A stretch of 36,880 bases of DNA from Polyangiaceae bacterium (GCA_044222475.1 JBGANF010000081.1:1-36880); one strand, 5' to 3'; positions 1 through 9,264 are shown, counted from the first letter of the stretch. Notes: generated by a model from the letters alone, not told the origin. Translations and numbers: made by a program.

Positions 1-16
1 AAGTAGGCGAGCATCG

Positions 17-1237
17 CTACTCCACCCTCAGCGCTTCGATCGGATCGAGCTTGGCCGCGCGCCTCGCCGGGAGGAACCCGAAGAGGACGCCGATCCCGCC
101 GCTGGTGACGAACGCGAGTACGACCGCGAGCGCGTTGGGCGCCATGGGCCAGTCGAGCGCGCGCCCGAGCCCGACGACGATCGTCGATCCGAAGACGAGC
201 CCGAGCAGGCCGCCGATCAGGCTGAGGATGATCGCCTCGACGAGGAACTGAATCAGGATGTCGCGCTCGCGTGCGCCGATCGAGAGTCGGATGCCGATCT
301 CGCGGGTCCGCTCGGCGACGCTCACGAGCATGATGTTCATGACGCCGATCCCGCCGACGACGAGGCTGACCGCCGCGACGCCGAGCAGCAGCGCCGAGAG
401 CGCCCCGGTGATCGCTTGCTGCGCGCCGCGGAGCTCGCCCTGCGAGCTGACTTGAAAGTCGGGATCGCGGCCGGGCGCGATGTGGTGTCGCTGGCGCAAG
501 ATCGAGTCGACCTGGGCCTGCGCGCGGTCGGTCGTCTCTTCGGACGATGCAGCGACGATCAGGGTGTCCACGCGGCCGGGCGACGTCGGCATGATGCGCG
601 CGCGGAACGAGCCGATCGGGACGAACACGCGATCGTCCTGGTCCTCGCCGAAGAGCGACGTTCCGCGGGCTTTCATCACGCCGACGACGCGGTACGGCGC
701 GCGGCCGATGCGGATGACGTGTCCGATCGGATCGTCGGTCCCGAAGAGGCGCGTCGCGACCGTCGGCCCGAGGACGCACACCTTCGTCTTCAGGACCTCG
801 TCGCTGTCGCTCCAGAGCTCGCCCTTGCCGATCTCGAACTTGCGGATCCAGAAGTAGGGGAGCGTCGTTCCGTACACGGCCGTCTGCGAGTTGCGGTCGA
901 GGTAGACGACTTGCGCCATCGTGTTCAGGAACGGCGCCACTCCGGCGACGCTCACCGCGTCACGGGCGATCGCCCTGCCGTCCGCCTCGGTGAGGCGCCC
1001 GGTCGTCTTCTGGCGCGCGCCCGACGACTGGGTCGGCTGCGGGAACACGAAGAGCGCGTTCGCCGCGAAGCTGTCGATCTTGCCGCCGACCTGCGCCGAC
1101 GCGCTCGAACCGAGCGCGGTCACCGTCACGACCGCGGCCACGCCGATGAGGATCCCAAGGACGGTGAGCGCAGCCCGCGTACGGTTGCGGCCGATGGACA
1201 CCCACGCGGTGTGGAGCGCGTTCCAGAAGATGGTCAC
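17..1237 (-). CDS. ABC transporter permease, MacB/FtsX family
   Basis: RTRAALTVLGILIGVAAVV N-terminal TM and GGIGVMNIMLVSVAERTREIGIR...PARRAAKLDPIEALR signature; GTG start at 1237 overlaps upstream TGA (GTGA coupling). Confidence 0.93.
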   Translation of the reverse strand: MTIFWNALHTAWVSIGRNRTRAALTVLGILIGVAAVVTVTALGSSASAQVGGKIDSFAANALFVFPQPTQSSGARQKTTGRLTEADGRAIARDAVSVAGVAPFLNTMAQVVYLDRNSQTAVYGTTLPYFWIRKFEIGKGELWSDSDEVLKTKVCVLGPTVATRLFGTDDPIGHVIRIGRAPYRVVGVMKARGTSLFGEDQDDRVFVPIGSFRARIMPTSPGRVDTLIVAASSEETTDRAQAQVDSILRQRHHIAPGRDPDFQVSSQGELRGAQQAITGALSALLLGVAAVSLVVGGIGVMNIMLVSVAERTREIGIRLSIGARERDILIQFLVEAIILSLIGGLLGLVFGSTIVVGLGRALDWPMAPNALAVVLAFVTSGGIGVLFGFLPARRAAKLDPIEALRVE

Positions 1238-2472
1238 GACGCGGTCGCCTTGCGCGGCGTCCGATCGATCGCGGCGAAGAGGGACAAGAGCAGGTACCGC
1301 AGGAGCGCCTGCGCGCCGATCACGAGCGCGACGACGCCGATCGCGAGCGGCACGCTCTGGCCGACGGACGACAGCGCGGCGAGGATCGCGCCCTTGAGCG
1401 TCGGCATGGCCACGATCAGCCCGATCGTCTGCATCGCCGTCCCGAACAGCGTGTAGCCGAGCGCCACCCGCACGCGCTGGTCCACGGTGAGCGGTCGGTG
1501 GAGCTTCCCGCGCGCGAACCGGGACGCGATCATGGCTTCGAAGACCGTCGAGAACACCGCCGGGATCCACGCGATCGAGGCGCCGACGATGATTGTATTG
1601 TACAATAGACCGAGGACGAGCCCCACGATCCCACCGAGCCACATGCCGAAGTAGACCGAGAACGGAACCGGACCGCCCAGGCTCGACGCGCCGGTGCCGT
1701 GATCGTCCTTCGCGGCGGCTCCGGTCCCGACGACGTCGGACTTGGGGAGCTCGGCGAGCGCCTTCGCGGCGTCGAGCGGCGCCTCGTTGGCGACGTCGGT
1801 CACCATGCGCCCGTCGCGAAAGGTGCACACGCGCCGGGCGCACGCCGCGATGTCGTGCTCGTGGGTGACGATGACGACGGTGATGCCGAGCTCGCGGTTG
1901 AGCCGCTGCAGGAGCCCGAGCACCTCGAGGCTGGTGCGCGTGTCGAGGTTGCCGGTCGGCTCGTCGGCGAGGAGCAGCGGCGGGTTGGTGACGAGCGCGC
2001 GCGCGATCGCGACGCGCTGCTGCTGCCCACCGGAGAGCGCGCTCGGCGTGTGGTCCATGCGCTCGCCGAGGCCGACGAGGCGCAGGGTGTCTTCGGCGCG
2101 CTTCCGCCGCTCCCGCGCGCCGACACCTCGGTACTGGAGCGGGAGCTCGACGTTCTCGAGCGCGGTCGTCCGCGGCAGCAGGTTGAAGCCCTGGAAGATG
2201 AACCCGATGAGTCGGTTGCGCACGATGGCGCGCGCGTCGTTGCCGCGAGCGCCGACCTCGAGCCCGGCGAGCTCGTAGCTGCCCTGCGTCGGGCGGTCGA
2301 GGCAGCCGAGGATGTTCATGAGCGTCGACTTGCCGGAGCCGCTGGTCCCGACGATCGCCACGAAGTCGCCCCGGTCGATCGTCAGATCGAGGTCGCGGAG
2401 CGCGTGCACCACGCCACCGCCGGTGGTGTAGTCCTTCGTGACGCCCTTCAGTACCAAAAGGGGATCAGGCAC
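1234..2472 (-). CDS. ABC transporter ATP-binding protein (MacB/LolD-like) with C-terminal membrane extension
   Basis: Walker A GTSGSGKST, LSGGQQQR signature, LLADEPTGNLD Walker B, VTHE; GGAG upstream of GTG 2472; hydrophobic ~150 aa tail. Confidence 0.92.
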   Translation of the reverse strand: MPDPLLVLKGVTKDYTTGGGVVHALRDLDLTIDRGDFVAIVGTSGSGKSTLMNILGCLDRPTQGSYELAGLEVGARGNDARAIVRNRLIGFIFQGFNLLPRTTALENVELPLQYRGVGARERRKRAEDTLRLVGLGERMDHTPSALSGGQQQRVAIARALVTNPPLLLADEPTGNLDTRTSLEVLGLLQRLNRELGITVVIVTHEHDIAACARRVCTFRDGRMVTDVANEAPLDAAKALAELPKSDVVGTGAAAKDDHGTGASSLGGPVPFSVYFGMWLGGIVGLVLGLLYNTIIVGASIAWIPAVFSTVFEAMIASRFARGKLHRPLTVDQRVRVALGYTLFGTAMQTIGLIVAMPTLKGAILAALSSVGQSVPLAIGVVALVIGAQALLRYLLLSLFAAIDRTPRKATAS

Positions 2473-2497
2473 CGTGGTCTCCGCGGTGTGACAGGTC

Positions 2498-2690
2498 TGG
2501 GCGCCCCGGACTGAAGTCCGGGGCAGCAACGGGCCCGATTCCATACTCGCCCAAAGCCCGCGCGGAGCGCGGGCTCACGCGGCAGCTGGCTAGGGTGATC
2601 CTCCCATCGAGAGCCCGCCCTCCTGGGCGGGCTTTGGATGGGTGTTGCACCGAGCACGGTGCTGCCCCGGACTTCAGTCCGGGGCGCCCA
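2498..2690. repeat. REP/REPIN-like nested inverted-repeat element
   Basis: Perfect 31-bp terminal IR (2498-2528 / 2660-2690), each arm containing the palindrome GCCCCGGAC-TGAA-GTCCGGGGC; inner inverted pair of hairpins 2551-2576 / 2611-2637. Confidence 0.8.
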
Positions 2691-2718
2691 TCGACTGAAA
2701 GCCGAGCGCCGGCCACGA

Positions 2719-3978
2719 CTAGAACAGACCCTTCTTCTTCTTCGGGTCGTCGATCTCGTCGGTGATCACCTTGGCTCCGTCGGCCAGCGAGTCGCCGAGG
2801 ACCTCGGTGTTGACGCCGTCGGTGACGCCCACGTCGATCACGCGGATCTCTTCCTTCTCGTCGCCCGGCTTGTCGTTCAAGAGGACGTGCACGCGCGCCT
2901 TGCCCTTCGGCAACGGCGGATCGGGCGGAGGGACAGTGGGTTTGCCGTCGGGCCCCATCGGGGGCGTCGGCTTATAGCGGAGCGCCGCGTTGGGGATGCG
3001 CCTCACGCCCTTCGCCTCGCGCGTCTTGATCGTGACGGTCGCCGTCATGCCGGGGCGCAGCTTCTCCTCCGGGTTCGCGACCTCGACGATCGCGGAGTAC
3101 GTGACGACGCCCTGTACCGTGTTGGGACTGATGCGTACTTGCTTCACGACGCCGTGAAAGCTCTCGCCGGGGAACGCGTCGACGACGGCGTCCGCTTCCA
3201 TCTGCTCCTTGAGCTTGCCGACGTCGGCCTCGTCCACGTCGGCGAGGACGCGCATTTGCCGGAGGTCCTGGGCGATGACGAAGATGACCGGCGCCTGGAA
3301 GCTGGCGACGACCGTCGCCCCGGGATCGATGTTGCGCGTGACGACGACCCCGTCGACCGGGGAGTAGATCTTGGTGAAGCTCACGTTGGTCTGCGTCTGC
3401 TGCAGCTGCGCGAGGCCCGCTCCGATCGCGGCTTGGGCCGAGGCGACGTTGGCCGTCGCGATGTCGAGCTGACCCTTGGCGGTGTCGAGGTCGCCCTTGC
3501 TCGCCAGGTTCTGCGCGTAGAGCCCCTTGATGCGCTCGTAGGTGATGCGCGCGGCCTCGGCCTGGGCCTTCGACGCTTCGTACTGCGCGCGCTGGGTCGC
3601 CACGTTCGACGCGGCCTGGCTCGCCTGCGCGCCGTAGATGGTCGAGTCGATCTCGGCGAGGACGTCCCCCTTCTTGACGACCGAGTTGTAGTCCACCAAG
3701 ACGCGGGTGATCCGCCCGTTCGCCTGAGCGCCGATGTTCACCTGGAGGAGGGGCTGGACGGCGCCGGTCGCCTGCACCTTCTCGGTGACGTCCCCGACCT
3801 GGACGGTCGCGCTCGTGTACTTCGCCGGTGGGGCCGGCCGGTGGGTGACCCGGTACGCGAGGCCCGCGCCCAGCACCACGGCGACGACCCCGGCGGTGGC
3901 CAGGCGCCGAAGCCAACGGCGACCCCCCTCCTCGGATGCGAGGGCTTTTCGAAGTTCATCCGTGGCAGCTTCGGACAT
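2719..3978 (-). CDS. Efflux periplasmic adaptor subunit (MacA/HlyD family)
   Basis: N-terminal TM, VDYNSVVKKGDVLAEID and IYSPVDGVV lipoyl halves, coiled hairpin, LRPGMTA; GAGG RBS before ATG 3978. Confidence 0.93.
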   Translation of the reverse strand: MSEAATDELRKALASEEGGRRWLRRLATAGVVAVVLGAGLAYRVTHRPAPPAKYTSATVQVGDVTEKVQATGAVQPLLQVNIGAQANGRITRVLVDYNSVVKKGDVLAEIDSTIYGAQASQAASNVATQRAQYEASKAQAEAARITYERIKGLYAQNLASKGDLDTAKGQLDIATANVASAQAAIGAGLAQLQQTQTNVSFTKIYSPVDGVVVTRNIDPGATVVASFQAPVIFVIAQDLRQMRVLADVDEADVGKLKEQMEADAVVDAFPGESFHGVVKQVRISPNTVQGVVTYSAIVEVANPEEKLRPGMTATVTIKTREAKGVRRIPNAALRYKPTPPMGPDGKPTVPPPDPPLPKGKARVHVLLNDKPGDEKEEIRVIDVGVTDGVNTEVLGDSLADGAKVITDEIDDPKKKKGLF

Positions 3979-4314
3979 GGTTCCTCTGGAGGCCGTGAAT
4001 GACTGGCGCCCGTGGGGCGTCAACGTAAGGCGGGTTGCCTACCTTTCCACCAATTGTTAGCCGGCAGACAATTTCGTGAGGGGAGGCTCCCGTGGCGCCA
4101 ACCTAGCGTCTCGCTTGTGTAAGTGCTCGTAAAGAAGAGCAAAAAGTTCCGGCCCAAGGTCTGGGGCGGAGTTTTTGTCTAAAGGCTCGTGATTCAAGTA
4201 TCGTCGCAAAACACCGCGTTTTCTGGGCCTGCGAGCGGGCTCAGGGCAGACGCGCTCGTGCTGTTTGCGTTCGTTTCTCGACCACCCCCCGCTCAAAGGG
4301 CTGCCAAAATCACG

Positions 4315-4905
4315 ATGGCGAAACTCTCGGACCGCGATCTCGTCGATCGCGCACGTCAAGGCGACGTCGAAGCGTTCGGGCAGCTCGTTCGGCGCCACCA
4401 GCCGCGCATCCTCCGGCTGGCGCTCCACATGCTCCGCGACCGCTCCGAAGCGGAGGACGTCGCGCAAGAGACGTTCGTTCGTGCATGGCAAGCGCTCGCG
4501 CGCTTCGACGGGCGCAGCGAGCCGTACACCTGGCTCTACCGCATCGGGGTGAACCTCTCGCTGAACGCGATCCGCGCACGCAAGACGTCTCGCCGCGGCG
4601 GTGACGCGAGCGATCCGCGACTCGACGCGTTCCTCGCGGAGACGCGTCCTGGACGAAGTGCAGATCCTCCGGGGGACGCCGCGCGTAAGCAGGAATACGC
4701 GGCACTGTGCGAGGGCATCGATGCTCTCAGCGACACGCTGCGCACCACGCTCATTTTGGTCTGCGTCGACGGGCTCTCGCACGAAGACGCGGCGAGCATT
4801 CTCGGTGCTCCGGAAGGCACCATCGCCTGGCGTGTACACGAAGCCCGGCGCAAACTGAGGGAATTCATGGAGACGAAGGGGTTCGCGTCTGGAGGTGGAT
4901 CATGA
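4315..4905 (+). CDS. ECF RNA polymerase sigma-70 factor
   Basis: EAEDVAQETFVRAW, TWLYRIGVN (region 2); GLSHEDAASILGAPEGTIAWRVHEARRKL (region 4.2). Confidence 0.93.
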   Translation: MAKLSDRDLVDRARQGDVEAFGQLVRRHQPRILRLALHMLRDRSEAEDVAQETFVRAWQALARFDGRSEPYTWLYRIGVNLSLNAIRARKTSRRGGDASDPRLDAFLAETRPGRSADPPGDAARKQEYAALCEGIDALSDTLRTTLILVCVDGLSHEDAASILGAPEGTIAWRVHEARRKLREFMETKGFASGGGS

Positions 4906-6350
4906 GCGGCGATCTCGACAAGCTGCTCGCCGAGTGGCCGATGCCGCCGCCGAGCGATCTCGATCGCGACGACGCTGCAGAGCGCGTCACGTCGGCGATC
5001 GCCGCGCGCGGTGCCGGTGGTCCCGAGCTCGATGGTCTCCTCGCCGCGCCGCTCCCGGCGCGCGACAGTGAAAAAAACTTGGCCGCAGGCGCTCCCGCCG
5101 CGCTCAGCGGCCGTGCATCGTTTCCGTCTTCTGCTGGAGTGGAGAACAAGATGTCCAAGGATCGTGGTCGTGACCGTACTTCGTTTCAAGAGCTCGCCAA
5201 GCTGGCCGGAACGCCGGCCCCGCAGCCGGTGACGCCATCGCTGACCCCCGCACCTACCGGCGTCGTTCGCGCCGAAGAAGGCGGGAGCGACGACTCGGGC
5301 ATCGTCGACCTCAAGATGGTCGCCGCGCTCGACCCTGCGGCGCAGGAGCGCGCGAAGGCGACTCCGCTCGCGGCTCAGGGCCTCTTCGACGACGACGCTC
5401 CGGCGAGCGCAGCGGCTGCTGCCGCCAGCGCGCCTCCGGCGAGCGTCTCCGCCGTCGCGCAGTCGTCGGCACCTGCCGCTGCGGCCTCGGCTTCCGTTGC
5501 ACCGACTCCGAGTGCGGCTCCGCCCGCGTCGGCGGTCGCGTCGCTCGCTCCTCCGAAGAAGGAGGAGAAGAAGAAGGGTGGCGGCGGGCTCGTCCTCTTG
5601 TTCGGCGGTCTGCTCGCGGCCGGCGCCATCGCAGCCGGCGCGTTCTTCGTCGTGAAGAGCGGCGTGCTCACCGGCAGCAAGGCGACCGTCGCCGCGACGG
5701 CTGCGGCCAAGCCGGCCGAGACCGGCGCCACGGCGACCCCCACCGCCACCGGCGCAGCGACCGTCGCCGCGGTCGACACCGGCGCGGCCGGCGTCGACAT
5801 GAACTCGCTCCCGGGCACCGCGCCGACCACCACCGGTGGTCGGACGATGCCGAAGATCAACGCGGTCGGCGGAGGCACCAAGCCGACGACCGTGGCGAGC
5901 GCCGACACGCCCGCCGCGACCGGCACCGTCGATCCGAAGCTCGTCGCGAACAACATCCCCAACAGCAACACCGGCGGTGGTGGCGATCTCACCGCAGCGA
6001 TGAAGGCAGCGGCTGGCGGTGGGAGCGCGAACCCCAGCGGAACCGACACGACGCAGACGGGGCCGCAGTACGCGGCCGGCACCGTGCCGCAGAAGCCCTC
6101 GCAAGGTCAGGTCCAAGGCGCGATCAACGCGGTCCTCCCCGAGGCGCGCAAGTGCCTGGCCGAGGGCGACCCCATCTCGCGCGCGACGATCGTCTTCCAG
6201 TCCGACGGCTCGGTGAAGTCCGTCAGCGTCAGCGGGTTCGCCGCCGGCAAACCGGCCGAGGCGTGCGTCCAAGGGGCGCTCAAGAAGGCGAAGATCTCGC
6301 CGTTCGCGGAAGCCACCTACACGTTCCCCGTCACCGTTCGCGCGCAGTAG
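4902..6350 (+). CDS. Single-pass membrane protein with low-complexity linker and C-terminal TonB-C/AgmX-like domain; candidate anti-sigma
   Basis: ATGA overlap with sigma stop; TM LVLLFGGLLAAGAIAAGAFFVV; C-terminal ARKCL...IVFQSDGSVKSVSV...ACVQGALKKAKISPF. Confidence 0.7.
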   Translation: MSGDLDKLLAEWPMPPPSDLDRDDAAERVTSAIAARGAGGPELDGLLAAPLPARDSEKNLAAGAPAALSGRASFPSSAGVENKMSKDRGRDRTSFQELAKLAGTPAPQPVTPSLTPAPTGVVRAEEGGSDDSGIVDLKMVAALDPAAQERAKATPLAAQGLFDDDAPASAAAAAASAPPASVSAVAQSSAPAAAASASVAPTPSAAPPASAVASLAPPKKEEKKKGGGGLVLLFGGLLAAGAIAAGAFFVVKSGVLTGSKATVAATAAAKPAETGATATPTATGAATVAAVDTGAAGVDMNSLPGTAPTTTGGRTMPKINAVGGGTKPTTVASADTPAATGTVDPKLVANNIPNSNTGGGGDLTAAMKAAAGGGSANPSGTDTTQTGPQYAAGTVPQKPSQGQVQGAINAVLPEARKCLAEGDPISRATIVFQSDGSVKSVSVSGFAAGKPAEACVQGALKKAKISPFAEATYTFPVTVRAQ

Positions 6351-6354
6351 CTGT

Positions 6355-6501
6355 CTCTCTCTCTCTCTCTCCCGTACACGTGAACGTGCCCGTGCCCGTG
6401 AACGAAACGGGACGCTGACAGTCTCGCCATCTCGGGGCGCCTCGGATTCCGACGGCGCCCCGTTCTTCGTGCACGGGCACGGGCACGGTCACGTTTACGG
6501 G
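6355..6501. repeat. (CT)8 tract followed by long inverted repeat built from CGTGCC-type hexamers
   Basis: 36-bp arms 6371-6406 / 6466-6501 (3 mismatches) enclosing hairpin 6433-6462. Confidence 0.75.
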
Positions 6502-6524
6502 GAGATCGCCTAGAGTGCCCGCCC

Positions 6525-7151
6525 ATGCGCCGTGCACTCAGCCTGATCGTCTCGCTTCCGCTGCTCGCCTGCACCCCCAACGAGCCGCCGAAGAACGCCG
6601 ATCCGGCGCCGTCGGCGTCGGTCGCTCCGTCGGACAGCGCGTCCGCCGCTCCGGTGGCGAGCGCGGCTCCGTCCACTTCGGCGCTTCCGACGGCGAGCGC
6701 GGCACCGGTCGCGAGCATCGCTCCCGGCTTGCCGGCCGCGTACATGTTCCACGGTACGCCGCTCAACGGCGGCGGTGACGTGACCGTGCCCGTCAGCGGC
6801 AAGGTCACGTACATCCAGTTCTGCGCCAGCTGGTGCGAGCCCTGCAAGAAGCTCCTCCCGATCGCGCAGCAGATGTATGCAAAATACAAGGACAAGGGCC
6901 TCGCCGCGTTCGCGGTCGAAGAGGACGAGACGAAGGCCTCCGTCATGCCGTTCGCCCAGAAGCTCGGCGTCGGGTTCCCGGTGTTCTGGGACGACGGCGG
7001 GAAGCACGCGGCGCTGTGGAAGGTGAACACCATGCCGACCGGCTACGTCGTCGATCGCGCGGGGATGGTGCCCTACACGCAGCGTGGTTACGTCGACGGT
7101 GACGCGGACAAGCTCGAGAAGGCGATCGTCGCTGCTCTCGCGGCGAAGTGA
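6525..7151 (+). CDS. TlpA-family thiol-disulfide oxidoreductase lipoprotein
   Basis: Lipobox LLAC; FCASWCEPC active site; cis-Pro motif TMPTGYVVDRAG. Confidence 0.88.
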   Translation: MRRALSLIVSLPLLACTPNEPPKNADPAPSASVAPSDSASAAPVASAAPSTSALPTASAAPVASIAPGLPAAYMFHGTPLNGGGDVTVPVSGKVTYIQFCASWCEPCKKLLPIAQQMYAKYKDKGLAAFAVEEDETKASVMPFAQKLGVGFPVFWDDGGKHAALWKVNTMPTGYVVDRAGMVPYTQRGYVDGDADKLEKAIVAALAAK

Positions 7152-7159
7152 GGACGACC

Positions 7160-7972
7160 ATGGCGAACATTCCGAAAGAGGCTGCGTGCGTCGTCACCGG
7201 CGCGGGGAGCGGCTTCGGCCGCGCGGTGTCGCTCGCGCTCGCGACGCGCGGCGCCCGCATCGTCGTGAGCGACGTGAACCAGGAGTCCCTCGCCGAGACG
7301 GCAGGGATGATCCGTTCGCGCGGCGGGACGGCGATCGCGATGGAGTGCGACGTCCGCGACGCGACCCAGGTCGAGGCGGTCATCCGGCGTGCGAAGAGCG
7401 AATGGGGCGGGCTCGACGTGATCGTCAACAACGCCGGGGTCGCCGTCGTCGGTCCGGTGGGCGAGGTCACCCTCGAGGACTGGCGCTTCGAGATCGACAT
7501 CAACCTCTATGGCGTGATCTACGGGTGCCACTTCGCGGTGCCGATGATGCGCGGTCAGGGGCGGGGATGGATCCTCAACGTGGCGTCGGCCGCCGGTCTG
7601 ATCGCGCCGCCCGAGATGGGGCCCTACAACGTGACGAAGGCCGGCGTCGTCGCGTTGAGCGAGACGCTGCGAGGCGAGCTCGAAGGCACCGGTGTCCAAG
7701 TGTCCGCGCTCTGCCCCACGTTCTTTCGGACGAACATCCACAAAGCGCAGCGCAGCGCAGACGGGCTCAGGCGGGCGTCCGCGAATCTCGTCGAGAGCTC
7801 GAAGTGGTCGGCGGACGAGATCGCCGCGATCGCGCTGCGGGGCCTCGAGCGCGGGCAGCTCTACATCATCCCGCAGACCGACGGAAAGGTCGCTTGGGGC
7901 GCGAAGCGGCTGTTCGGCGGCGGGTTTCCGAAGCTCGCGGCGAAGGCGGCGGCACGGTTGAAGCGGCGGTAG
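7160..7972 (+). CDS. Short-chain dehydrogenase/reductase
   Basis: TGAGSGFG, NNAG, NVAS, YNVTK catalytic motif; GAGG RBS. Confidence 0.93.
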   Translation: MANIPKEAACVVTGAGSGFGRAVSLALATRGARIVVSDVNQESLAETAGMIRSRGGTAIAMECDVRDATQVEAVIRRAKSEWGGLDVIVNNAGVAVVGPVGEVTLEDWRFEIDINLYGVIYGCHFAVPMMRGQGRGWILNVASAAGLIAPPEMGPYNVTKAGVVALSETLRGELEGTGVQVSALCPTFFRTNIHKAQRSADGLRRASANLVESSKWSADEIAAIALRGLERGQLYIIPQTDGKVAWGAKRLFGGGFPKLAAKAAARLKRR

Positions 7973-8074
7973 CGGAAAGCGGAAGCGGAATCCGAAGCGG
8001 AAGCGGAAGCGGAAGCGGAAGCGGAAGCGGAAGCGGAAGCGGAAGCGGAAGCGGAAGCGGAAGCGGAGGCGGAC
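7972..8074 (+). repeat. (GCGGAA)n hexanucleotide tandem repeat, ~17 units
   Basis: Directly visible; 11 perfect consecutive units 7997-8062 plus variants TCCGAA, GCGGAG, GCGGAC. Confidence 0.97.
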
Positions 8075-8132
8075 TCGGGTGTCCCAATGAGGGACACGCA
8101 GTGCTGAACTGTGCCTCGCTCGGCAGTTCGAT

Positions 8133-8228
8133 CGTGCCAGCTTGCTCGGCGGCATCAAGGCCGAGCCGCCTTCGGCGGTGGCGCGGAAGACCGCGCCAGC
8201 CTTGACGCCGCCTCCGCGAGCTGGCGCG
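8133..8228. other. Branched (Y-shaped) stem-loop upstream of four-helix-bundle gene
   Basis: Stems 8133-8145/8216-8228 and 8148-8161/8199-8212; hairpins CCGCC-TTC-GGCGG 8166-8178 and TGGCGCGG-AAGA-CCGCGCCA 8179-8198. Confidence 0.7.
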
Positions 8229-8274
8229 GCGAACGTGCCTTCGCGCGGGTGCGCCGGGGCAAAGGAGAATGACC

Positions 8275-8589
8275 ATGTTGCAGATTCAATCGTTTGCTCT
8301 CGAAACCGTGAAGTCGTTGGCTCCTGCGGTGAAGGAGATCACCGCTCACGACCCGGACCTCGGGCGTCAGCTTCGGCGCGCGGCGTCCAGCATCGTCCTC
8401 AACATCGCCGAGGGCGCAGGACCTCGGGGCGGCAACTCGCGGCTCCGGTTCCGAACCGCGTTCGGCTCGACGCGGGAAACGCTGGCGGCGCTGGAGCTCG
8501 CGGCAGCTTGGGGCTACGTCGAACGGGACGAACGACTGCTCACTGCGCTGGATCGCATCGCGGGAACACTCTACCGGTTGGCGGCCTGA
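8275..8589 (+). CDS. Four-helix bundle protein (23S rRNA IVP / Avd-like family)
   Basis: QLRRAASSIVLNIAEG and AFGSTRET motifs; AAGGAG RBS (alternative ATG 8269). Confidence 0.9.
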   Translation: MLQIQSFALETVKSLAPAVKEITAHDPDLGRQLRRAASSIVLNIAEGAGPRGGNSRLRFRTAFGSTRETLAALELAAAWGYVERDERLLTALDRIAGTLYRLAA

Positions 8590-8598
8590 CCCCGGAGA

Positions 8599-8628
8599 CG
8601 GGCCCGCAACCGCGGGCCCGCGTTCCTT
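8599..8628 (+). terminator. Possible intrinsic terminator
   Basis: CGGGCCCGC-AACC-GCGGGCCCG hairpin 10 nt after the stop; weak U tract. Confidence 0.4.
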
Positions 8629-8901
8629 CACGTCAACCTTGCGTCGGAAACCGTCGACTGGTCCGTCGGTGAGTGGACATGATGTTGCGCCTTCTCCTTC
8701 TATGACGGTGACCCCGCTGAGCCCGCCGAACCTGGCGTGAGGCTCACGCGTCCATGCCGACGTAGCCCAACGGCAGAGGCAGCACGCTCAGAACGTGCAG
8801 AGTGTCCGTTCGAATCGGACCGTCGGTACCGAGTGACTCATGGATCGAGAGGCGGCGCCCGCTTCCTTGCACCAGACAGTCTCGCGCGCGATGCTCAGAG
8901 C

Positions 8902-9264
8902 GTGCTCCTCCGCATCCTCGGGCTGCTCACCTTTGTCGGGGTGCTCGTCCTCGGCGCGGGGTGTGGCAGCCACGCGTGCACGAGCGACTTTCGTCCCGGC
9001 TTCAGTGTTCACGTCGTCGACTTGAAGACAAAGGCCAATCTCCCTCAGGTTGACCTCACCTTCGAACACGACGGCGCGACGTCGACGGGTTCCACCGACG
9101 AAAACGGCTACTACCAGTCGCTGTACAACGTCGACAGTGGAGACTGGTTGGTCACTGTCTCCGCGCTTGGATATCGATCGCAGAAGGTGAGCTTCGTCGT
9201 GGCCGACAACGGCTCGTGCCAAAACCGAGGTCCGAATCCCCTCGAGGTAGGGGTCGCGCCATGA
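8902..9264 (+). CDS. Small lipoprotein with carboxypeptidase-regulatory-like beta domain
   Basis: Signal peptide ending GAGC; V.VVD.KT, TDENGYY, VTVSALGYRSQ pattern; start uncertain. Confidence 0.65.
   Translation: MLLRILGLLTFVGVLVLGAGCGSHACTSDFRPGFSVHVVDLKTKANLPQVDLTFEHDGATSTGSTDENGYYQSLYNVDSGDWLVTVSALGYRSQKVSFVVADNGSCQNRGPNPLEVGVAP

Noticed and set aside
4020..4314. ECF autoregulatory promoter in the AT-richer divergent gap
   Set aside because: Several weak AAC/CGT-like candidates, none distinguishable from chance.
8275..8589. Diversity-generating retroelement, suggested by the Avd-like fold
   Set aside because: No reverse transcriptase and no TR/VR repeat pair visible.
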